The translations under genes and the position numbers were made by a program. Below are positions 7,664 to 15,342 of a stretch of 16,383 bases of DNA, piece by piece. The notes beneath the pieces are model-generated. The model had not been told where the DNA came from. It worked only from the letters and a program-made list of their open reading frames with translations, and did not search any database. The stretch comes from Gemmatimonadaceae bacterium (lineage in GTDB: Bacteria > Gemmatimonadota > Gemmatimonadetes > Gemmatimonadales > Gemmatimonadaceae): positions 1 to 16,383 of the forward strand of contig JANRJP010000071.1 of the NCBI GenBank assembly GCA_033763905.1, read 5' to 3'. The stretch's first letter is position 1; each line of letters starts with the position of its first letter.

Positions 7664-9945
7664 TTGCGTCTCTTGTGCTCGGCGCCGCGCTGCTCGTGCA
7701 GCAGCCGGCGGACACCACCGGCGTGTTGCGCGGCCGGATTCTCGATGCGGCCTCGGGCAACGGCGTGCCGCGGGCAACGATTGCCGTCGTTGGTGCCCTG
7801 ACGGGGACCTTTAGCGACGCAGAGGGCCGGTTCGTCGTCCCGCGCGTGCCGGCCGGCCGCTGGGTCGTTCGCGGTCGGCTGCTGGGCTACAGCACCGACG
7901 AAACCACGGTGACCATTCGCCCCGGCGACACGGTCACGGTGACCTTCCGCATTCGGCGCGAAGCCGCGCAGTTGCAGGCGGTCCGTACCACCGCCGAAGC
8001 CCCGGAACGCGAGGCCTTCCTGCGCAAGCCGGATGCAGGCACGGTCACGGTGCGCGGCGACGTGCTCAAGCGGCTGCCGGTGATTGGTGAGCCCGACGTG
8101 TTGCGCGTGGTGCAGCTGCTGCCGGGCGTCGTGGCGCCCAACGACTTCACCGCCGGCTACAACGTGCGTGGCGGCGAGAGCGACCAGAATCTCGTGTTGC
8201 TCGACGGCTACCCGATCTACAACCCGTTTCACTTAGGCGGCCTCTTCGGCACGTTCATCGACGAAACCGTCGCCGATTTCGAGCTGACGCCCGGTGGCTT
8301 TCCGGCGCGCTACGGCACGAGGCTGTCGAGCGTGTTGAGCGTCGCCCCGAAGTCCGAGGAGCGCGGCGGCATTCACGGCGCGGCGTCGATGTCGGTCCTG
8401 GCGTCGTCGCTGTCCCTCGGCGGCACCACCAACCGCGGACGCACCTCCTGGAATGTGGCGGGCCGCCGCACCTACGCCGACAAGTTCGTGGCGGCGCTGA
8501 GCGACAACACGCTGCCCTACTACTTCACTGACGTGCAGGCGCACCTGCGGCACCGACTGCCGGGTCGCGCCACGCTCTCGTTCACCGGCTACTGGGGCGC
8601 GGATGTGCTCGACGCCTCGCTCGCGACCTTCGGCGACAGCACACAGGCGGGCGGGGGTCGGCTGCTGTTCGACTGGGGCAATGCGGTCGCGGGCGCGGCG
8701 TACGAGCAACCCTTCGGCGCCGTGGCCGGCACCGACAGCGCCAAGGCGATGCAGCGCGTGAGCTGGACACGGTTCGGTACCACGCTCGATGTCGGCTCGG
8801 GCTCGCTGTCGTTCAAGAATCGCGTGACCGAGACCCGCGCCTGGGGCGAGCTCACCGGCTGGCGCGGTCGACACGAAATGCTCGCGGGCTACGAATGGTC
8901 GGCCTATACCGTCGACTACAACGTGCGCGCGGCGCAGGCCGGCGGTGGCGACATCTTCGGGCTGCGGCAGCGCCCCAGTTCGATCGCCGGCTATGTGGAT
9001 GACATCTTCCGCCCCTCGTCGCAACTCCTGATTCGCACCGGCCTTCGCGCGGAAACCGTCACTGGCACCGGCTGGTCCGGGCTGTCGCCACGCGCGTCGG
9101 TGAAGTGGCTCCCCAACGTGCGCACCGCGTTCACGCTGGCGGGCGGACTCGTGTCGCAGTGGATGGTCGCGCTCCGCAACGAGAATGCGCCGGTGCGCGT
9201 GTTCGACTTCTGGCTCGCCGCCGACGACTTCATTCCCGTGGCCCGGGCGCGGCAGGCCATGGCCGGCGTGGAGCGCTGGCTCGACGACGCCCGCTTCGTG
9301 CGGCTGGAGGGCTACTACAAGTACTACGATCGCCTGCCGGCATCGAATCTCTTCAACGATCCCGACCTGCGCGGCGACGAGTTCATCGTGACGACGGGGC
9401 GGTCGTGGGGCTTCGATCTCCTCGCGCGGCAGTTGGAGTCGCGCAAGCTGTCGGGCTGGATCGCCTACTCCTTTGCGATCAGTACGCGTGACGGCCCGCA
9501 GGGGCGGTTCTACCCGGTGCACGATCGCCGTCACAACCTGAACGTCGTCGGCTCGTACAAGCCCGGCGGCAAGTGGCAGTACGGCGTGCGACTCGGGCTC
9601 GGTACCGGTGTCCCCTTCACTGACATCGCAGGGCAGATCGTCCGCCGCACCTACAACCCGGTCACGAACACCTGGGAAAACGCCAGCGGCGGCCCCGACC
9701 GCGAGCCGCTCGGCGGGCCGCGCAATGCGGCGCGCTTCCCGCTGTTCCAGCGTCTCGACCTGAGCGCGACCCGCACCGGCACCAAGTGGGGCATCGCGTG
9801 GTCGCCGTTCATCTCGGTGATCAACGCGTACAACGCCCGCAACGTCTTCACCTACGTGTTCGACTACGCCGACAACCCGCCCACCCGCAGCGCGTTCTCG
9901 CAGTTTCCGCTGCTGCCCACCTTCGGAGTGAGTCTCTCGTGGTAA
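7660..9945 (+). CDS. TonB-dependent outer-membrane receptor with N-terminal carboxypeptidase-regulatory-like domain
   Basis: Signal peptide; GRILDA..G...ATI...GTFSDAEGRF..LLGY N-terminal domain; TonB-box-like LQAVRTTA; plug motifs DVLRVVQLLPGV, NVRGG..DQN..LLDGYP and GGFPARYG.RLSSV; amphipathic beta strands; C-terminal aromatic residue (FGVSLSW). GTGA overlap with the ABC gene stop. Confidence 0.92.
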   Translation: MIASLVLGAALLVQQPADTTGVLRGRILDAASGNGVPRATIAVVGALTGTFSDAEGRFVVPRVPAGRWVVRGRLLGYSTDETTVTIRPGDTVTVTFRIRREAAQLQAVRTTAEAPEREAFLRKPDAGTVTVRGDVLKRLPVIGEPDVLRVVQLLPGVVAPNDFTAGYNVRGGESDQNLVLLDGYPIYNPFHLGGLFGTFIDETVADFELTPGGFPARYGTRLSSVLSVAPKSEERGGIHGAASMSVLASSLSLGGTTNRGRTSWNVAGRRTYADKFVAALSDNTLPYYFTDVQAHLRHRLPGRATLSFTGYWGADVLDASLATFGDSTQAGGGRLLFDWGNAVAGAAYEQPFGAVAGTDSAKAMQRVSWTRFGTTLDVGSGSLSFKNRVTETRAWGELTGWRGRHEMLAGYEWSAYTVDYNVRAAQAGGGDIFGLRQRPSSIAGYVDDIFRPSSQLLIRTGLRAETVTGTGWSGLSPRASVKWLPNVRTAFTLAGGLVSQWMVALRNENAPVRVFDFWLAADDFIPVARARQAMAGVERWLDDARFVRLEGYYKYYDRLPASNLFNDPDLRGDEFIVTTGRSWGFDLLARQLESRKLSGWIAYSFAISTRDGPQGRFYPVHDRRHNLNVVGSYKPGGKWQYGVRLGLGTGVPFTDIAGQIVRRTYNPVTNTWENASGGPDREPLGGPRNAARFPLFQRLDLSATRTGTKWGIAWSPFISVINAYNARNVFTYVFDYADNPPTRSAFSQFPLLPTFGVSLSW

Positions 9946-11150
9946 CGCGACGCACGCTTCGCGGCGCGGTCACGCGCCTGCTCTCGGCCGCGTGCGCCCT
10001 GCTGCTGGCGGGTTGCGAGTTCGACGAGACGGTCATCTCGCAGACGGCGCCGACGCTGGTGATTCACGCGGTCCTCAATCCCGATCAGGCGCAGCAGGTC
10101 GTGTTGGTGGAAGAGACGCTGACCGGCCGCGTGCGGATTGATACGACGCTCACGTACGATCCGTCGGATCCGATCCGCTCGGGCGGCGGCATCCCGGTGA
10201 GTGGTGCCACCGTGACGATCTCGCGCACCGATGCCGCGGGGACCGTCGTCGGGTCTGCCACCGGCGTTGAAGACGTCGTCCTGGGAGCCAGCGGCGCACG
10301 CGGCACGGGGCTGTATCGCGTCTCGTCCACGATCTTCGTGCCCGGTGGGATCTACACCCTCCGCGTCACGGCCGCAGACGGCCGTGTGGTGACCGGCCGA
10401 ACCCGGATTCCGGGGCCGATCACTCGCGAAGGCAGTACCGTCGTCGCCGATACTCTCGACCGCCTGCGCGACACCCTGCGGCTCGCGTGGACGCCGGTGC
10501 CCGGGGCGCGCACGAACACCATCCGCGTCGACACGCCGCGCGGCCCGTGGTTCCTCTTCAATGACTCGACGTCCTTTGCGCTGTCTGGGTCGCTCAAGAA
10601 CTTCTTTGCCGAAGGACTCCCCAACGTCTTCGTGCCGGGACATCGGCAGTCGCTGTCGGTGGTGGCCGTCGACACCGCCTTCTTCGACTACTATCGCTCC
10701 GGCAACGATCCGTTCAGCGGCTCGGGCCTGATCAACAAGCTCGAGGGCGGCATCGGTCTCTTCGGCGCGGCGCTGCCACTCCTGACCCGCCTGGTGAGCG
10801 TCACGCAATCGCCGTCTTCGCCACTCGACGCCGAGTGGACCAGCGGCACGGACACGCTGACCCTTTGGCTCGAATCGCCGGGCCCGACGATTTCGTCGGT
10901 GAGCGGGCGCTTTCGCGGGCGAGGTCCTGCGGGCAGCGGCATTGCGACCGGCGCCCTAGGCACCCTGCGCGGCGACGATCTGCGCGTGGTGGTGCAACCG
11001 GAGTTCACGAGCGATACGCTCGGGGTGTTCGTTGGCCGGGTCTTCGCCGACTCCATCGTCGGCGCCTGGTCTCCTCCGCCAGTCGGGGCGCTGCCGCGCA
11101 TCGCCGGCCCGCGCACCTACCGCCGCGGCGGCGCCCCTCGCGCCCCCTGA
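9939..11150 (+). CDS. Lipoprotein partner of the TonB-dependent receptor (DUF4249-like) with C-terminal extension
   Basis: Lipobox LLAGC after RR plus a hydrophobic stretch. LVIHAVLNP, VSGATVTI, G.Y, PGGIYTLRV, FFDYY and KLEGGIGLFGA resemble DUF4249. GTG 9939 has GGAG upstream and overlaps the receptor stop. Confidence 0.72.
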   Translation: MVTRRTLRGAVTRLLSAACALLLAGCEFDETVISQTAPTLVIHAVLNPDQAQQVVLVEETLTGRVRIDTTLTYDPSDPIRSGGGIPVSGATVTISRTDAAGTVVGSATGVEDVVLGASGARGTGLYRVSSTIFVPGGIYTLRVTAADGRVVTGRTRIPGPITREGSTVVADTLDRLRDTLRLAWTPVPGARTNTIRVDTPRGPWFLFNDSTSFALSGSLKNFFAEGLPNVFVPGHRQSLSVVAVDTAFFDYYRSGNDPFSGSGLINKLEGGIGLFGAALPLLTRLVSVTQSPSSPLDAEWTSGTDTLTLWLESPGPTISSVSGRFRGRGPAGSGIATGALGTLRGDDLRVVVQPEFTSDTLGVFVGRVFADSIVGAWSPPPVGALPRIAGPRTYRRGGAPRAP

Positions 11151-11599
11151 CCACGCGGCTGGCCGTCGCGCTGGCAGGTCGGGCACACGCCATAGATCAC
11201 CAAGCGGTGCGACTGCCGAGCGTACCCACGCGTCTCGGCAGCCAGCATCGTCATCCGCTCCAGCCGCTCGTCGCGGAACTCCACCACCGCGCCGCAGACG
11301 GTGCAGAGCAAATGCTCGTGGTGCGGCGTATCGCGCGCGGGCTCGAAGCGGCGAAATCCTTCGCCGAAATCGCGCTCCACCAGCAGGCCGCTCTTGAGCA
11401 GGATGTCGATCGTCCGGTACACCGTGGCGGTACCGACCTGATGCCCGCGCGCCCGCGTGCCCTCGGCGATTTCTTCGGCGCTCAAGTGATGCTCGGCGCC
11501 CAACGCGACGTCGGCGATCGCGAGCCGCTGTCCGGTGACCGGCAACCCGCGTTCGCGCAAATACTGCGAGAAGCGCGCGACTACTGGGCTGGTGTCCAC
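11117..11599 (-). CDS. Fur-family metal-responsive transcriptional regulator
   Basis: LRERGLPVTGQRLAI, HLSAEEI, VGTATVYRTIDIL (HTH), FE, HHEHLLCTVCG..VEF and H.L.IYGVCPTC. Start placed at GTG 11599 (about 160 aa). Fur, Zur and PerR cannot be told apart by eye. Confidence 0.92.
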   Translation of the reverse strand: MDTSPVVARFSQYLRERGLPVTGQRLAIADVALGAEHHLSAEEIAEGTRARGHQVGTATVYRTIDILLKSGLLVERDFGEGFRRFEPARDTPHHEHLLCTVCGAVVEFRDERLERMTMLAAETRGYARQSHRLVIYGVCPTCQRDGQPRGQGARGAPPRR

Positions 11600-11958
11600 G
11601 CGTCTGCGGCGATTGCCGCGCGGAACTCGTCCGCCGACAGCCGCTCCGGTTCGCCGGACTCGCCCGCCCGGTGCCGCACCCCACGCACCACGGCCTCCAC
11701 CGTCACCAGCGGGGCGTCTGCCTCGGCAACGATATCGGTCTCCCACTTGCCGCGATCGGGGCCCTTCACCGTGTGGCGATAGCGCGCCGAGTGCACGATG
11801 TGCTTGTCGCTCCCCTCGGGCGCCTCCTCGGCGACCACTGCCACGCCAGTCTCGACGGTCCCCTGGCGAAGGGCAGGAAACAGATGCACTTCGACCACCC
11901 GCTCGGCCGGAATCTGGGCCGCGATCGCCCGCAGGAAACGCACTTGAGTCTCGGTCAC
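11581..11958 (-). CDS. Hypothetical protein (~125 aa)
   Basis: Protein-like composition (TETQVRFLRAIA..VVEVHLFPALRQGTVETGVAVVA..KGPDRGKWE..ADAPL). Fills the priA-Fur gap co-directionally and overlaps the Fur start. GTG 11958 has GGAG 9 nt upstream; alternative starts are ATG 11973 or 12003. Confidence 0.75.
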   Translation of the reverse strand: MTETQVRFLRAIAAQIPAERVVEVHLFPALRQGTVETGVAVVAEEAPEGSDKHIVHSARYRHTVKGPDRGKWETDIVAEADAPLVTVEAVVRGVRHRAGESGEPERLSADEFRAAIAADAWTPAQ

Positions 11959-11964
11959 CCCTGA

Positions 11965-11993
11965 AAGCTCCATACTCCGAGGGGCGGGTTCAA
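11965..11993 (-). promoter_or_regulatory. Putative internal sigma70-type promoter for hypothetical-fur
   Basis: Minus strand TTGAAC (11993-11988) - 17 nt - GAGCTT (11970-11965) - 6 nt - GTG 11958. The -10 lacks the first T. Confidence 0.3.
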
Positions 11994-12029
11994 GGCGTTG
12001 CATTCCCCCGTGGCCCCGCTTCCGCCCAG

Positions 12030-14288
12030 CTACAGCAGGGACACGGGGTCGCGGTCCAGCACGACCCGAAGCTCACCAGCCGAAGGTACCGGGAAGGTCG
12101 ACACCAGCGCGCGCCCCAGCTTCGACAGCGGCGCCGCCTGCTCGGACTTGATCACCACGTGCCAGCGCCAACGGGTTTGAATGCGCTCCACCGGACAGGG
12201 AGCCGGCCCCATCACCGTGAGCCCCGGCCAGCCGCGCGCGGCGATGGTCTCCCGGAGCCAATCCGCCGCCTGCTGCGCCAACTGCTGCGTGGACTCCTGC
12301 ACGACGCCGCTCACGATGACGTTCGCGAGCCGTACGGTCGGCGGATACGCGGGGAAGCGCCGTCCCTCCAGCTCCTCGGCCACGAAGCGCGCATAGTCGT
12401 GCGTCACCGCGCATTGCACCGCGTGGTGCCCGGGCGCGCGAGTCTGAATCAACACCCGACCACCCTTGGGCCCGCGCCCGGCCCGCCCTGCCACCTGCGC
12501 CAGCAACTGAAAGCAGCGCTCCGACGCGCGAAAGTCCGGCAGGTTGATCCCGACATCGGCATCGATCACGCCCACCAGCGTCACATCGGGGAAGTCGAGC
12601 CCCTTCGCAATCATCTGCGTCCCGAAGAGAATGTCCACCTCGCGCCGTGCGACGCGATCGAGAATCTCGGCGTGCGCCCATTTGCCCGAGGTGGTATCGA
12701 CATCCATTCGCGCCAGCCGCGCCGTCGGAAACCGCTCGGCGAGCAACTGCTCCAACTGCTGCGTGCCGATGCCGCGCCGCGCCAGCGTCGCCCCACCGCA
12801 GCGCGCGCACGCGCGCCGCGGCGGCTCGACGTGCTGGCAGTAGTGGCACACCAGGCGATCGGGGCCGCGATGGTCAGTGAGCGAGATCGCGCAGTTCGGG
12901 CAGGTCGCCACGTCACCACAGGATGGGCACTGCACGAAGGCCGAATACCCTCGGCGGTTGAGCAGCAGAATCGCCTGATCACCAGCGTCGAGCGTCCGCT
13001 CCAAGGCCGCCTCGAGCTCGACACTCACCACACGCCGCAGCGGATCGGCGGAGATCGGTTGCTTGGTCAGGTCCACGACGTCGACGTGCGGCAGGCGGCC
13101 CGCGCCGGCACGCTCCGGCAGCGCAAGCAGCCGATAGCGCCGGTCCTGCGCGTTGCGCCAGGTCTCGAGCGACGGCGTGGCGCTGCCCAGCACGCACACC
13201 GCACCGGCCAGCCGCGCGCGCACAATCGCCACATCGCGCGCGTGGTAGCGCGGCGTCTCGTGCTGCTTGTAGGTCTGCTCGTGCTCTTCGTCCACGACGA
13301 TCGCGCCGAGCCGCTGCACCGGCGCAAAGACGGCCGAGCGCGGGCCCACGGCAATCCGCCGCTCGCCCGCGGCCAGCGCCCGCCACGCGTCGTGGCGCTC
13401 ACCGTCGCTGAGCCCCGAATGCAGCACCGCCACGCTGTCACCGAACACGCTGCGAAACCGATCGACCGTCTGCGGGGTGAGGGCAATCTCCGGCACCAGT
13501 ACGATCGCGCCTTGTCCGCGCTGCTCAACCACTTCGCGCAAGAACTCCAGGTACACCAGCGTCTTGCCGCTGCCGGTAATGCCGTGCAGCAGCACCGTGT
13601 CGCCCGCCGGTGTGCCGCGCAGCGCGTCGATCGCGCGACGCTGGTCGTCCGTTGGCGCGTGCTGCGCCCGCACCACGCGTCGGCCAGCAAACGGGTCGCG
13701 CATTCGCGTCTCGCGCTCCCAGCGGGCCAGTCCCTTCTTCACGAGCGCCTGCAACGCGGCGTCCGTGGTGCCCAACCGCTCCCGCAGCACTGGCCCACTG
13801 CCCTTGCCGCCCATCGACTCGAGCAGTTCGTAGACCTCGCGCTGCTTGGGAGCCCGCGCAAACGCGCGCTCGCGTTCGAGCAGCGTCGGCAGCTCGGTCG
13901 TCAGCACCAGCATCCGCTCGGTCTTCGGCGCGCGATCCGGCTTGGCCGACGAGGTCATCGCCGCCGGGAGCATCGCGCGGTACACGAGCCCGAGCGGCGT
14001 CGCGTAGTACTCGGAAATCCAGCGCCCCAACTGCAGCAGTGCGGGATCGAGCGCGGGTGCGGCATCAGGCGCCGCGAGCACGAGCTTGGGCGCGACCGGC
14101 GGCGCCTTGGCGGCCTCGCCAGTCACGATGCCAAGCACCTTCTTGCCCGGCAGCGGCACCACGACGCGCGAGCCCGCCTGCACGCGCGCCGAGAGGTCGT
14201 CGGGCACCGCGTAGGTGTAGCTGCGGAACAGTGGCGCGGGCAGCGCCACGTCCACCAGCCGCGCGGCCGGCGTGCTGTCGTCGATCAT
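12030..14288 (-). CDS. priA: Primosomal protein N' (replication restart helicase PriA)
   Basis: N-terminal VDVALP...YTY 3'-binding domain; LLHGITGSGKT, LVPEIALTPQ, DEEHE..YKQ..PRYHARD, LGSATPSLE, LNRRGY; four CxxC pairs; GTQMIAKGLDFPDVTLV, DFRASER, QVAGRAGR, YPP and terminal DRDP. Confidence 0.98.
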   Translation of the reverse strand: MIDDSTPAARLVDVALPAPLFRSYTYAVPDDLSARVQAGSRVVVPLPGKKVLGIVTGEAAKAPPVAPKLVLAAPDAAPALDPALLQLGRWISEYYATPLGLVYRAMLPAAMTSSAKPDRAPKTERMLVLTTELPTLLERERAFARAPKQREVYELLESMGGKGSGPVLRERLGTTDAALQALVKKGLARWERETRMRDPFAGRRVVRAQHAPTDDQRRAIDALRGTPAGDTVLLHGITGSGKTLVYLEFLREVVEQRGQGAIVLVPEIALTPQTVDRFRSVFGDSVAVLHSGLSDGERHDAWRALAAGERRIAVGPRSAVFAPVQRLGAIVVDEEHEQTYKQHETPRYHARDVAIVRARLAGAVCVLGSATPSLETWRNAQDRRYRLLALPERAGAGRLPHVDVVDLTKQPISADPLRRVVSVELEAALERTLDAGDQAILLLNRRGYSAFVQCPSCGDVATCPNCAISLTDHRGPDRLVCHYCQHVEPPRRACARCGGATLARRGIGTQQLEQLLAERFPTARLARMDVDTTSGKWAHAEILDRVARREVDILFGTQMIAKGLDFPDVTLVGVIDADVGINLPDFRASERCFQLLAQVAGRAGRGPKGGRVLIQTRAPGHHAVQCAVTHDYARFVAEELEGRRFPAYPPTVRLANVIVSGVVQESTQQLAQQAADWLRETIAARGWPGLTVMGPAPCPVERIQTRWRWHVVIKSEQAAPLSKLGRALVSTFPVPSAGELRVVLDRDPVSLL

Positions 14289-14313
14289 TGCGCGATCGCC
14301 GACCGGCGCCAGA

Positions 14314-15342
14314 CTACCGACGGCTCAGTCCGAGCCCCGGACCGCTGGGCAGCGTCACCACACCGCCGGTGATCGTCGCGCCCACGAAGGGGTCCTGCGC
14401 GAGCAGCGCGGCACCGTCGAGGTCCACGTAGTCGAGCAGCGGCGCCAAGTGTGCGGCGGCGGTGATGGCCACCGACGATTCGATCATACAGCCCGCCATC
14501 ACCAGCATCCCGTGGGCGCGCGCGACGGTGACGATCTTCCTGGCTTCGCCGAGCGAGCCGCACTTGGCCAGCTTGAGGTTGATACCATCGACGATGCCCG
14601 CGAGCTTCGCGACATCGCTCGCCACCAGGCACGACTCGTCGGCCACGATCGGCAGCGACGAATGCTCGCGCACGAACTTGAGGCCATCGAGATCCCAGGG
14701 CTCCAACGGCTGCTCGACAAACTCCACACCCAGACCTTCGAGCAGCGGAATCATCGACACCGCGTGCCGCGGCGTCCACGCGCAGTTGGCGTCCACGCGC
14801 AGCAACGCGTTCGGCGCCGTCTCGCGCACGGTGCGAATCAAGGCTTCGTCGCGATCCGAGCCCAACTTCACCTTGAGCACCGGGTACCCCGCATCGATCG
14901 CCTCGTGCACCCGCGAGCGCAGTTCGTCTAGCGACGCGGGAATGGCAATCGTGAACGAGCTCTTGGGCGACGCGGCGGGATCCAGTCCCCAGAGCTTGTA
15001 CAGCGGCTGCCCGACGCGCTTGCCCATCAGATCGTGCAGGGCCATCGAAATCGCGACCTTCGCCGCGGGGTTGCGCCCAATCGACCGCGAAATCGCCGCT
15101 TCGGTGGCCTCGATGTGCCACGGGTTCGCCTGCTCCAGGATCGGCCGCACGCGTTCGATCACCGCCAACACGGTCTCGGCCGTCTCGCCGTAGTACGGCG
15201 TCGCGGCCGCCTCACCCCAGCCTTCGACGCCGTCGTCATCGACGAGCCGAATGAACACGGTGCGGTACCGCTGCGAGCCGCCGCGCGCGATGACGAACGG
15301 ATGCTTGGTGTCGAGCGTGAGGATTTCGGCGTGCACCTTCAC
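14314..15342 (-). CDS. Dipeptide epimerase (L-Ala-D/L-Glu epimerase family, enolase superfamily)
   Basis: PFVIARG, GWGEA, ALHDL.GK..GQPLYKLWG, catalytic KVK, metal ligands VDAN / EQP / ADE, second base NLKLAK, GCMIE and DLDG. The GTG start overlaps the kinase stop (GTGA). Confidence 0.9.
   Translation of the reverse strand: MKVHAEILTLDTKHPFVIARGGSQRYRTVFIRLVDDDGVEGWGEAAATPYYGETAETVLAVIERVRPILEQANPWHIEATEAAISRSIGRNPAAKVAISMALHDLMGKRVGQPLYKLWGLDPAASPKSSFTIAIPASLDELRSRVHEAIDAGYPVLKVKLGSDRDEALIRTVRETAPNALLRVDANCAWTPRHAVSMIPLLEGLGVEFVEQPLEPWDLDGLKFVREHSSLPIVADESCLVASDVAKLAGIVDGINLKLAKCGSLGEARKIVTVARAHGMLVMAGCMIESSVAITAAAHLAPLLDYVDLDGAALLAQDPFVGATITGGVVTLPSGPGLGLSRR

Noticed and set aside
11959..12029. 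Possible Fur box, terminator or G-quadruplex between priA and the hypothetical gene
   Set aside because: No AT-rich 7-1-7 or GATAAT-type palindrome. The GGGCGG/CCGCCC arms are far apart with no U-tract. G-runs are expected at this GC content.
11535..14372. 945-aa + strand ORF opposite priA
   Set aside because: Antisense in-register shadow of priA caused by GC-biased codon usage; no recognisable domain.
14285..15121. Alternative - strand 278-aa ORF whose stop overlaps the priA start
   Set aside because: Out-of-frame overlap within the well-supported epimerase gene; Arg/Gly-rich with no motifs.
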